The notes under the pieces are model-generated. The model was not told where the DNA came from. It saw nothing but the letters and a program-made list of their open reading frames with translations, and did no database searches. The position numbers and the translations under genes were made by a program. A stretch of 64,000 bases of DNA, taken from Eledone cirrhosa (taxonomy: Eukaryota). The stretch is from the NCBI GenBank assembly GCA_964016885.1, contig OZ024741.1, positions 24,180,001-24,244,000 of the forward strand. Reading direction: 5' to 3'. Below are positions 11,090 to 22,494 of this stretch, in pieces. Each line of letters begins with the position of its first letter. Position 1 is the first letter of the stretch.

Positions 11090-11134
11090 ACAATCGACAG
11101 TTGTTTCAGGGTTATTGCCCCTTGTCAAGATTGT
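11090..11134 (-). ncRNA. Degenerate minimal type I hammerhead ribozyme motif (Penelope-like element remnant)
   Basis: Minus strand: ACAATC-TTGACAA-GGGG CAATAA CCCT-GAAAC-AACT-GTC-GATTGT. Stem I, stem II, GAAA and the GUC cleavage triplet are in place; the CUGANGA core carries two substitutions. Confidence 0.65.
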
Positions 11135-11350
11135 GTATCTCTCCTTTTTCTGCTACACACTAGAACTCTTGAGAATATATAGTATTCTCTAAAGTGCACA
11201 TCAGCTGATTAGCCTAATTTGCATACCAAGCAATTTTACAGCTGGCTTGAACAAAAGGAAGATGATAGTTGTCCAAAAACTCACTGCGTTAGGAGTCTGT
11301 TTGCTTGCAAATGAATAAAATATTAATAAATATTATTATATTATTATATG

Positions 11351-11535
11351 GGCGGTGAATTGGCAGTATCGGTAGAGGGTCGGACGCCATGCTTTGACGC
11401 ATAGAGTTACGGCCCTTGCCATTCTGAGTTCAAATCCCGCTGAGGTTAACTTTGCCTTTCATCCTTACGGGGTCGATAAAATAAAGTACCAGTAATGTAC
11501 TGGGTAATCGCTGATAGTAGAAACAATTATATTAT
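11351..11535 (+). mobile_element. Family A tRNA-derived SINE, near full length
   Basis: GGCGGTGAATTGGCAGTATCGG head (A-box-like), GAGTTCAAATCCC B box, (ATT)n tail. Confidence 0.85.
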
Positions 11536-12919
11536 TATATGATATAAAACTTGTGAATGCATTTCTTAATAATACCCATTTTATAAATGAAATTTGCAGA
11601 GATACATTTTCTATGATATAGATTAATTTTGTTGATGAAAATAAAAAAATAAATAAATAAAAAAAAATGCTTTTATTTTTGTATATCGATTCATTGGTTA
11701 GTGCTTTCATTTACTGAATACTTTTGATTGGAAATTTGTTCATTATGCTTTCCAATTTTATGTTGACAATATCAATCAGGAAAATGTCATAGATTTTCTA
11801 CAGAAGCGTAATGTCGTTTCTACAACTATGAATTGGGTAAAAAAAAAAAAAAAATTTGTTTTTCTTTCTTTCTTTTCATCAACTTTCTTGTAATTTACAC
11901 CTTTCAAAACATATCTCTGCAAAACTTCATTTACAAATATGTATTGTTAAGAAAGTTGTGAAGAATAAAGTGAAGGGTGGATGGACTAAACTGTAGAAGT
12001 GACTAGTGTTGTTCATGACACTATCAACAAACTTTTGTTTAATCCAGAGTAATTTATTATTTTTCTTTCATACAGACACACACACATACACACCGACTAC
12101 AGACACACTGCACACACTCTTGTTGACAATTATCTGTTAGTGATAGAGTAAAGGATTATTTTCTACTGAAATAGTTTTTGAGTTGGGAAAAAAAAAGAAC
12201 AAAAAATAATAAAACATTTGTTTTATAGCTTAAATGAAATCTTACTTTAGTTATTTACATCATCAAATCTTTTTATTGTAAATAACACAAGCATTGTAAG
12301 GCCATTTTCCCTGGTATGATGAATATTATTTTACATTTGTATTGTAAATAAACACTTTAGAAATAGTATTTTGCTTCAGCATTTACTATCCATTTATTTG
12401 GTAAAAAGAAATTATCCATTCTCTCATTCATTTCCACTTTCTGTGGCATAAATATTTTCTTCTCGTTACTTTATTGCAAATATTGTTGCTTGGGTTAAAA
12501 TCTGCAAGTTCATGTTCTTGATAATGATAATAAAATTGTGTACAGTCCTCATGCACTACAACTCATCAAAGGTGTATGTATAGTACATAGAATAATGTAC
12601 AAAAGTCAGGAAATTGAACAGTGTATGAGTTATGATATACACATACATGCATGCGTGTGTATGGAGGGGGAATATCGGGTGCAGTGTTGGTGAATTGTAG
12701 GAAATTTTGAAGGTTTCAGTGTCCTGACAGCTAACAAGCGATGCAGGTAGTTTTGTTCCATGCTTCAGCAACTCTGAGCATGGAAAACATATTTCCAAAA
12801 GTCATGGGAGCTGTACTGTTTTCTGACTTTACCTGTTAAAACTGTTGATACTAGTTTTTATCATCCCACCAACACACTTGATAACTACCTGGAATATATG
12901 GTATGGTGAATAAGCTACT

Positions 12920-13436
12920 TTAACTCTTAACATTCTCTAATGATTAAGCAGAAAACAACTAAAAGCAGGTTTGTTAATTCAAATGTTTATAGTATCTTTA
13001 TTTGTAAACAGATTATGAAAATCTAGTTAAGATTTTGATTTATAATGTGATACAGTCAGTGCTGTTTTGTATTTTTCAAGAATATCTTGCTAATTATTCT
13101 TATGACATATGTGCAATAGTTAGAGAGCCAAGTCGAGACCAGAGAGACCAAGGTGTCATTTGCAATATTATGGATTGCCTCCAGGCTGCCGAGAAAACGT
13201 CTGAGAGGGCAATCCCAAACAACATGCAATACTGTCTGGTCAGGGTCTTCAGTCACAAGCTGGGTTGCTTTCATTTTTTATCAATGGAGATGATGATGGG
13301 CTGTCCTGGCATGTGTTGTGCAGATCTGATTATGGGACACTCATTGCTTTCTGGGAAGGTCAAAGCCTGTTGGTTGAGATGTGGAGTCCTGGACAAAGTC
13401 TTTCTTATGAGGTTTTATGTGGTACAGGACATTAAG
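12920..13436 (+). mobile_element. Non-autonomous TIR element (family 3), longer copy
   Basis: Left end ttaactcttaacattct.taatgatt.agcagaaaa matches 26233 onward; right end aggacattaag is complementary to the left end. Confidence 0.55.
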
Positions 13437-13887
13437 TTCCATCTGAAAACAAATGAATGTAGTTACTATGTTAGCCAAAAATACAAGTAGTTTGTAATCA
13501 CTAAACATTCTGAAAACAAATCTATTTGTGGTTGCTACATATGTTAGAAATAGTAGCCATAGGATGTGGTTCAGCATAAGGTGGGCCGCACTACTAACAA
13601 ATACAAGGCAATTCTGAAATTAGGTGTGCCATTCAGAAAGCCAAACGGGCTGCAGTTTGCCCATGACTAGTGTATATAGTCACTAGGCATACTAGAAACA
13701 GCAGCCTAATCTCCTTCAAATCACTCATTCCCATCTTAAAAACTATGTTGTCACTCTCCATGCTAAGAATAACGGCCAATTCTCATTGAAATGTCCAAGA
13801 TGAACATCTGAGAATAAGTGTACATCTATGTAGTCACTAAATGTTTTAAAAAATAGCAGCCAAATCATCTCCAAATTACTCATGTCC

Positions 13888-14205
13888 ATATAGTGGTTAG
13901 AGCATTGGGCTTGCAATCATGAGGTTGTGGGTTTGATTTTTGGACCAGGTGATGCACTGTGTCCTTGAGCAAGACAATTTCACATTTACTCAGCTGTAGA
14001 AATGAGTTGCGAGTCACTGGTGCCAAGCTGTATTGGCCATTGCTTTTCCCTTAGACATCATCAGTAGCGTGGAGAGGGGAGACTAGTATGCATGAGTGAC
14101 TGCTGGTCTTCCACAAACAACCTTGCCCGGACATGTGCCTCGAAGGGGAACTTTCTAGGTGCAAATCCCAAGATCATTCATGATTGAAGGGGGTCTTTAC
14201 TCTCT
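13888..14205 (+). mobile_element. tRNA-derived CORE-like SINE
   Basis: tagtggttagagcattgggcttgcaatc..gaggttgtgggtttgat...gtccttgagcaagac...actcagctgtagaaatgag; same family as 4420-4570. Confidence 0.8.
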
Positions 14206-16355
14206 ACAAATTCTAAAAACTAGCTAAATGAACCTAAAATCTCAAACTTCTGAAAAAAAGTGAACCTGTTTGGTAATAGCAGCCAAATCTTTCACATCAC
14301 TCACAAACGGGCTAAAAATAACAACCAAATCTCCCTCAAATGACTCATTTCCATTTGAACGCATGTCGACTTGTATGTGGTTTCTATACATGCTAGAAAC
14401 CATGACCAAACCTTCAAATCACTCATTTCTGCTTGAAAACATGATCCTTAATGTGGTTGCTACCTGTTTTAGAAATAGCAGGCATATTTCCCTTAAATTA
14501 TTCATAAACACTTGAAAACAAGTGAACCACTAAGTGGTCGCTCTGTCTTGTAGAAATAGCAGCCAAAATCTTCCATGCACTGTTTGTTTCTGCCTGAAAA
14601 GAAGTAAACCTCCATATGGTGACTACTGATGCTAGAAATAATAGTTGCCCTCAAATCACTCATAAACTCCTGAAAACAAACGGACCTTTGTGATCACTAG
14701 ACATTCCAAAAATAACTAAATAACCTTCAAATCTCGCATAAATGTCAGAAAATAAGTGTACTTCTGTGTGCTAGGAATAGCAGCCAAATCTTACTGATTT
14801 CCATCAGAAAACAAGTGAAGCTCTATGCTAAAAATATTTGGTAAATCTCACAAAAATATGTGAACCATTGTCATCACAAGTTATGCTAGACATAACAGCT
14901 AAATCTCTCTTAAATCCTGCATTTCTATCTGTAAACAAGTTAACCTTTATGTGGTCACTACACATGTTAGAAATAGGAGCCAGATCTCCTTTAAGTAATT
15001 CACTTCTGACAGGAAATAAATAAATCTCAATGTGGTTATTACACATGCTAGTTATATCAACCAAATTTCCCTCAACCTATTTTATATAGCCAATATTTTC
15101 CACAAATGACATATTACTGTGGGAAATAAATAGTAAATCTTAATGTGATCTCCACAAATACTAGAAATAGTAACCAAATCACTCTCAAATTGCTCATTAC
15201 TGTCTGAAAACAATTGGACCTCTATATAGTTTTTACAAAATAGCACCCAAATCTCCCATTAACATATGAAAATGTGCTAGAAATAGCAGCCACATCACTC
15301 ATTTTCATCACCATATGAAACTGAACCTTTACATGGTCAGTGTTTAACACAAGGCCGATCAACTATGTCTTATCTCACTGGTGTCTCTAGATATGTCAAC
15401 TATATTTTATGTTAGATTTTAACACTTCTTTAATAATCTAGGAACCAAATTTTCACCAAAACAAGCAGACTTCTTTGTAGTATACTAAAAATAGCAACCA
15501 AAATCTCCTTTAATCTCTCGTTACTGCCTGAAAACAAGAGAAACTATGTGGTTACTACACATGCTAGAACTAATAGCCAAGTCTTCAAATTACCATCTGA
15601 AACAAGTGGACCTCTATACTAGAAATAGCAGTCAAATCTACAAAGCACTCATTATTGTCCAGAAACAAATGAACCTCTATGTTGTCTTTACCTTTGTTGG
15701 AAATTATGGTTAGATCTCTCTTGAAAATCAAAAATTACCATAGTAGAATATGTGGACCTCTATATGGGTTATATTTATGTAAGAAAAAGCAGTCAAATCC
15801 CACTATGTAGTAGCTATATTTTATGCCACTGTGTTACTAAACTAGTTAGCTATGTTATCTCTGTTAAATCTAGGTAAGTCAGCTATATAGTTGTCACTGG
15901 TTAGCCCTTTGCTTGCCAGTTATGTTATCCCACTAACACTATACCAATGTTTGACCCTAGGTCACTGGGATTGACTCTGGGTCAAAGTTAAACTCTAGGC
16001 TTGCCAGCTATGTTATCACTATACCAAGGATTAACCCTAGGTCACTAAGATTAACTCTGGGTCAGCTAAATTTATTTTAAAAGATTGAACTCCTATGTGG
16101 ATACTTGACATGCTAGAAATAACTGCCAATATCTCCCTCAATCACATCTCACTGTAGTAGAAATAGCAGCCAAATCTCCCTCTAATCACTCATTGTTATT
16201 TGAAAATGTGAAACTATGTGATTGCTATGCATGCTAGTAATAGCAGCCAGATCCACCTCAAATCATATATTGTAGTAGAACAAGCAAACAACTATGTTCA
16301 GTACACACTAGAAGTAGCAGTCATTTCTCCCTCAAATCACTCATTATTGTCTTAA

Positions 16356-16541
16356 CCCATCAGCATTTAAATTACTCTATATTTACCATTGTATTTTTGT
16401 GGTAAAGGCTTTATCTCTCATAATATCGAATCTACAAGATTTTGATGTTATTTATTTTGAGAACAATACGTTAACGTCAGTATGAGCGGCCGGTTTGAAC
16501 AGAAATTTTGGCCTGATACAGCCGGTTTAAATGCTAAAGGG
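16356..16541 (+). mobile_element. piggyBac-like MITE, family 2
   Basis: TTAA|CCCATCAGCATTTAAA ... TTTAAATGCTAAAGGG|TTAA. Removing it restores the host repeat unit. Other copies at 28268-28475 and 40259-40441. Confidence 0.85.
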
Positions 16542-16744
16542 TTAAAACAAGTAAAACTGTGGTCAATACTCAGGCTAGAAATAGCAATTCAAACTCACCT
16601 TCGCAATAAAACTGCAATCATTCTAATATCCGTAGTAATCATTATTGTTGATGAGGTTTAATAAGATCGAAACATGTTTGAAGATGTCATTGTACTGTTA
16701 AAAATCTATCATTACTCACTACATTTTATATTTTATTTAAAATC

Positions 16745-17045
16745 ATGGTTGGCTCTTTCTTCATTATTTTCATGAACAGGATTGACATGCACAGCAGGGT
16801 TGGAAGTGATATCCTGACTGGCAAGTGTAAAATCAGTCGGCTGGAATTTGCAGACGACATGGTGTTACTTAACTTGATAGAAGGGGATCTCCAACTTACA
16901 CTTAATAGGTTTGATGATGAGTGCTGCATGGCTGGAATGAAAATCAGTGCCGTGAAAACAGAGATGCTGATCCTCTTAAGGAAGCCTGTGCAGTGCACTC
17001 CCCCGTGTGAATGGAGTTCCACTGTAAATGGACTGGTGGTGATAA
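16745..17045 (+). mobile_element. Non-LTR (RTE-like) reverse transcriptase fragment
   Basis: FIIFMNRID...ISRLEFADDMVLL...DLQLTLNRFDDECCMAGMKISAVKTE matches LINE RT domains 4-7 (FADD motif). Confidence 0.88.
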
Positions 17046-18247
17046 TAGCTTGAGTTGCTTGATAAAATTGCTTCTGATTTCTAGTTTGAGATTTAACACA
17101 GCACAAGCAATGGTCATGTGAAACAGAAACCCCTGAGAGTAAAATCCTTCAGTTGAACCCATTTTAATTGAGGGAAATATGAGTTTATTAGAGGGTTAAT
17201 TTGTTGTAAGAGGAGAAAATTATTATAAATAAAGCCCCAGTTTGGCCTCAGCCTGTTGGTTGCAACAGGTATTAGAATAATGGAGTAATAAAAAAAAATA
17301 AAAAAAGAATTTGAATAATGCAAAATAAAGGGGGAGGAGGAGTGTCTTTGTTGTGACCCCCGGACAAAATAACAAAAATATTGTGAAGAACAGCCAGTGA
17401 TACCCACTGCATCGGCCACTCTACCTTACGTGGCTCCTCCCTCAGATGAAACACATTTTACCCATTTTTGCAGAGTTCAGGAACCAAAGACACCAGATGT
17501 CTCAACAGTGACCAGCACAAAAAGTATTTGGCTATCCCCAGCTCCTCTGTGTTACAGATGACAGTGTTTGAGTTTCTGGTCAAAGCAACATATTTAGAGC
17601 AAAAGAACATGTTCTACCACATGGTGTCCCAAATTAAATATTTACTCACCTTGAATAGGAAAAGGATTATTCCAGAGATGGGGAACCTGCGGCATTTTGA
17701 AAGAATTAAAAATTTCCAACATTTTTGATTTTTATTAATGTTTTTGTCTATCTCTTATTATTTTAATTTGAACCACTTATTGCTGCAAATCTACATTCTC
17801 CTACCTAACCAAAATCAAGACACCTTTTAAATCACAAATGGCAGATGCCCATCTTGAGGTTCCGTTGAAATTTATGACCTCCATGTTGCAACAAAATATC
17901 AAAATGCTTTCCTACAACAAAGTCATTAAAAAGATGTTGGCTTTAAAATTAATTTATTTTTCGTTTTTTAGATAATTAGTACATAGTAATTAAATTTTTA
18001 CAAAATAATGTAGATTTTAAGAACATATAATTATGGTTCCGTGAATGTGCCCTTTTTATATTATAAGTAATTTAATGCAGCCGTTCAACATGAAAAGTCC
18101 CCACCTACCTCTGGGTTATACCATTTGGGTATTTGTTGTCACCATGGTTGAGGCACACTCATCAAGAAGGGCACTGGTTGATGAGGAGGGCGCTGAATTG
18201 AGCCATACGTCATTGTTTGGAAGAACAGAGGCAGGTGAGATTGTGTT

Positions 18248-18406
18248 GATCCAAAGGAGACATGGTCCAAGGGAGACTTGGTCCAAAGGAGATATGGTCC
18301 AAAGCAGAACTGGTCCAAGGGAGACTTGGTTCAAGGAAGACTTGATTGAAAGAAGACTTGATCCAAAGGAGATTTGGTCCAAGGGAAACTTGGTCCAAGG
18401 GAGACA
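18248..18406. repeat. 16-bp minisatellite (TGGTCCAAGGGAGACT)n, about 9-10 degenerate units
   Basis: Read directly. Confidence 0.85.
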
Positions 18407-18667
18407 TAAGGCAGAGCTATTGTCCATCAACAGTGTATCCACAGAGCTTTGCTACAGGGATTCTAACATACATTCAGTTAATTTACTGCAAGAAAGCTGG
18501 AGAAAATTGTCACAGTTGGAACGTTTCCTTCCTTTCTTTCACCTATTGAGCATGGAACATGATGTGAAAGGCTGAGGAACAAAGGAGTATGAAGAAGTCC
18601 CAATGGAGGATGTGGTTGGGTGAGTCAGTCTGATGTCTGGGTTTAGGGGACATCTGGGGTTTGGAAA

Positions 18668-19250
18668 ATCATCATCATCATCACTATTTTACGTCCATTC
18701 TACCATGCTAGCATGGGTTATATGAGTTGTCCTGTTGTGAGAAATGCCAGGTCAGGTGACTATGATTTGGTCATACAGAACTGATTTTGGCTTGGTTTCC
18801 ACATCTGGATGTCCTTCTTGACATCAACCATATTTACAGTGAGTACCGGGCATTTCTTGTTGTTACACATATACGACCACTTTATAGTGTGGGCTGGGCA
18901 CTTTTTGCCGCGGCGTCACTATCATGACTACTTGACAGTGTGGGCTGGGGGCTTCACTGAATGCATACTTCAGCCTGTCCTCATGGAGGATGTATGGGAG
19001 GATAGGGTGGTGTATACTGTATATATGCTTCAGCTTCGGCCTGTGCCTGTGGGAAGTCGGGTCTTCTGTATTACTGCATAACGCCAGAGATCTCGATCCT
19101 GTGTCATCACCTTTGAGAGATGTAATTAGGCAAGGTCAGCTTTATCACCTCATCTCAAGTCTTCCTGTGTCCCCGCTCCAAAGGTTTCCAACGACTTTGA
19201 GTGCTCCTTTTTATGCAGCTGTCATCCTTCATACGCATCACATGTCCGTG
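18668..19250 (-). mobile_element. RTE-like LINE 3' end remnant (about 18990-19250) followed by a (GAT)n-tailed repeat (18668-18950)
   Basis: Minus strand translates GHVMRMKDDSCIKR...RGHRKT*DEVIK, the typical RTE C-terminus (GHVxRM...RGRPRKTW). Confidence 0.7.
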
Positions 19251-20012
19251 TATATTTATTGAGAGATAAATAGTTCCCTAGCAATAGTTAATTACATTTA
19301 TTATATGTTTTTATATTTTCATTCTGAAAGAATTGTGAACAATTATATACCTTTCTCATGTCCGTACAGAAAAAAGATAAATACATACATAAATATATAT
19401 ACACGCAAGTGATCACTTATATTTAATTTTTTTACCACAGACATTATATTCATTGAATTATAAAAAAAAATTATTGTAAATTATTATACAAGATTAGAGT
19501 AATAATCTGTAGTGTTAGCATGTTTACGTAGTTAGCTCCCCTCGTTGTCTTTCTTCAGTGTGCTGAAGTTAAAAACATCTCAGACGTTATCTGAGACCCC
19601 AGGGGAACTTCATTCAAATAAGAAATCTAGAAAACTATTTTATCCTCTTATGTATTGACTAAATTAAAACTACCTCATCTATTCACATCTCTCAACTCAC
19701 TTTAACCATCATTCATGCTCCTTCTGTAAGTATTTTATTGTTTTATTTACACATTTGTTATTCTCACAACAAACCCGGTGTCTTTCTTTTCTTTAAATGT
19801 CAAATATTTTCATCCTTTTTTGCATGTTTTCGACAGCATCAAAGATTTTCTGTGCGGTTTTCGTATAATAGTTTAAAATACCGAGGTTTTTATTTTTACT
19901 CGGGTTTGAACACGGGGTTGTAAAGACAAAGGAATGCTTTAGTGATGAAAACAGCTTATGTTTAGGATTAAGGGGATTATATTTTTGTAACAAACAGTTA
20001 CCTCCCTTCCAT

Positions 20013-20023
20013 AACATGGCGGC
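20013..20023 (+). promoter_or_regulatory. YY1-like motif AACATGGCGGC, candidate promoter/TSS region for the zinc finger gene
   Basis: Close match to the YY1 consensus AANATGGCGGC in a mildly CpG-enriched stretch 2.3 kb upstream of the coding exon. Function is inference. Confidence 0.35.
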
Positions 20024-21639
20024 TGCTTTAAAAATGTCTTTTTTGCAGTCTGTGTCTGTGTATAAATGTATATATACACCCTCAAAATAGAACTAATTCT
20101 TGCTAAAATTGTAAAGTTTATGTGTCAAGATGAAAATGAATCAAATAGCGATCAGATAACATTTCTTGTTTTGGAAGGAGGTTTTGTGTAAAGAAAAAAA
20201 TAAACGATAATATGAAAAAAGATTATCTGAGATAAAAGGCAGACGGAACGGAGGTTATAACTCTAGACAGATAAAGAAAGATATGCTTTAAATATTCACA
20301 ACCAGACATACATCGTGCCTATGCTCTACGTGGTCTTGTATTATAATTTCATTTACTTCTAGGATATTTTGTAAGATTATTAAATCAACCACACTATTTG
20401 ATTGGTACGTTATTTTACGAAGGATAAAAGTTGACCTCAGTGGGGCTTGGTTAAACTCAATAACTAAATGATGTTTTACCCAACGTTCCAATGATTCTGT
20501 TGCTCAACCTGCTGAAAATAGCAGCTAAATTCCTATCTTTTTTAGGATAATGTAGTCCTGAATCCGTAACTTAACACCACTATACAGAACTTTAGTGGCT
20601 CTAACGAAGTCTATGTTGTAAATATTGGGGCCAGGTCTCCCTTCCTCTCATCTGTCTCGGTGGATCTGAAAAGTGTCATTACACTTCCTTATTAACTTAG
20701 ATATGTAAAAGAAAAGAAAAGAAAAAATACACTACCCCCCCCCCCTCCCAGGTTGTTTACAAGTTGGAGCTTAACAACAACCATATATATTCTAAAAAGG
20801 GAGTATATATCTCTTGACTGAAAGTATTGGGAGAGGGGGGGGGGGGGGGGTCCTTTAAATGATGATAACGAAGGATGTAATCAACCGAACTTACTTTACT
20901 CACCCCCCAGTAGTGTTTTGTTGGGGCTTAATGACAGAGCCAATAACCCTTTTTAAGGCATCTGAAACTGATAGGACCTGGAAAAGAATCCTGCCCCAAA
21001 TGTTTGCAACAGAGTGGTGTCTTCTAAAAGTACTCAATGGCCAGACTGTGGTGCTAAACTGGGAAACGGAGTATGTCTGTTAGCGAAGTGGTGCACAGCA
21101 GAATGTGAACTCAGAATGCAGAGAGAACAGGAGTATATACTAGCAAACATATTGTCTCTAATCATCATCATCATCATTGTTGTCGTTTTAACGTCTGCTT
21201 TCCTTGCAAGGGTTGGACTCTCTAATGACAATCAATTTGTTGCCTTTTTATCTTTCACTAATTCCAAAGTTAAATTAAAGAAAGTTATCAAAATAGCATG
21301 AAGGAATACAGGTGACAAGTGTCAGACCCTGGTGAATATATATATATATATATTATTGATGATAATGAAGATAGTTTCAAAAAAGTCTTTAGAATATAAA
21401 TTCAAAATAGGGAGCGTATAGGACAAAGATAATGGAAAAAAACAACGGAAAGACGGACAATCACATCTCAGTCAACCTCTGGAAATCACTATAATACTTC
21501 TTTAGTCAACCTCAAAAGTGTTAAATCAGTGTGGATGCTTCAATGTGGTTGCTTGACTTCACATTTCACTGCATCATCTTACAAAACTCACAGCTAGAAT
21601 GTCTTTGATCATATTTCTGCTTTATCAAAGAATCCATTG

Positions 21640-21900
21640 ATCATCATCATCATCATCATCATCAACATTTAACGTCCGTGTTCCACGCTTGCATGGGTTT
21701 GGACGGGGGTAGTCCCACTTGAGGCAAGAGTGATTGTCTTGCTCGCATAGGACTGTCTGGCAGGTTTTCTACAGTTGGATGCCCTTCCTAACACCAACCA
21801 CATTTACAGTGTGGGTCTGGGAGGTTTTTACCGTGTTGCCTACACGGCCACATTACAGCGTGGACTGTGTGTTTTTTTTTGTCGTGACACCTACACGATC
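21640..21900 (-). mobile_element. (GAT)n-tailed SINE-like repeat
   Basis: (cat)n tttaacgtccgtgttccacgcttgcatggg...ggatgcccttcctaacaccaacc. Confidence 0.8.
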
Positions 21901-22494
21901 TCATTTGTTTCGGCCATTGATGCTTGTCATAAATATATTTACCTGTTATATTTGAATTTTTGTCTGAAACCCAGGGTTTACACAACTCATTTCTAACAGG
22001 TGAACTTGTATCTCTGTTCAAGGTGTGTTAAGCTAGGGTTGAGGTAACATTTCCACTGTTGCCTGTAAAACTATATGACAGGGTGTAGCCCTGGAAGTGT
22101 AGTTAAAAGGTTCACTTAACAGCCATGTTCAATACCGTGGCTGCTATTTCTAGCAGGTTGAGAGATCACATTGAAACAGATTCGTTAGTTTGTGGTGTTG
22201 TTAATAATGAATCTTATTCTTGCTATTGTAAATAATATCAATGTTCTAATCAAAATTTCATTTGAAATTATTTATTCATATTTTTGTTTTCATTGTAGTA
22301 ATTCTCAAGTGAGGCTGGATTGTTGTCTGGATGTCTGAAATGTACAGAGTTATTGGCTTTTGAGAGCTCAGTAAATGACTGCAGCAAGGCTATTTGTCTC
22401 CAAGGCATTCCTTAGAAATATGTTTTGTGACCTCTAACTCTTCATAAACTATTGATAGTCTTCATTTAAACAAGAATATTTCCACGTTTGAAAG

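Larger units (their letters stand above)
13670..16620 (+). repeat. Old degenerate tandem array, ~75-80-bp unit with core CTAGAAATAGCAGCCAAATCTCCCTCAAATCACTCA, interrupted by a SINE and a MITE
   Basis: The core recurs dozens of times with spacer tgaaaacaagtgaacctctatgtggtcacta.acatg. Confidence 0.85.

Noticed and set aside
13035-13490. 151-aa ORF
   Set aside because: Lies inside a non-autonomous TIR element, non-ATG start, no recognisable domain.
18045-18575. 176-aa ORF
   Set aside because: The central part is the 16-bp minisatellite; no recognisable domain.
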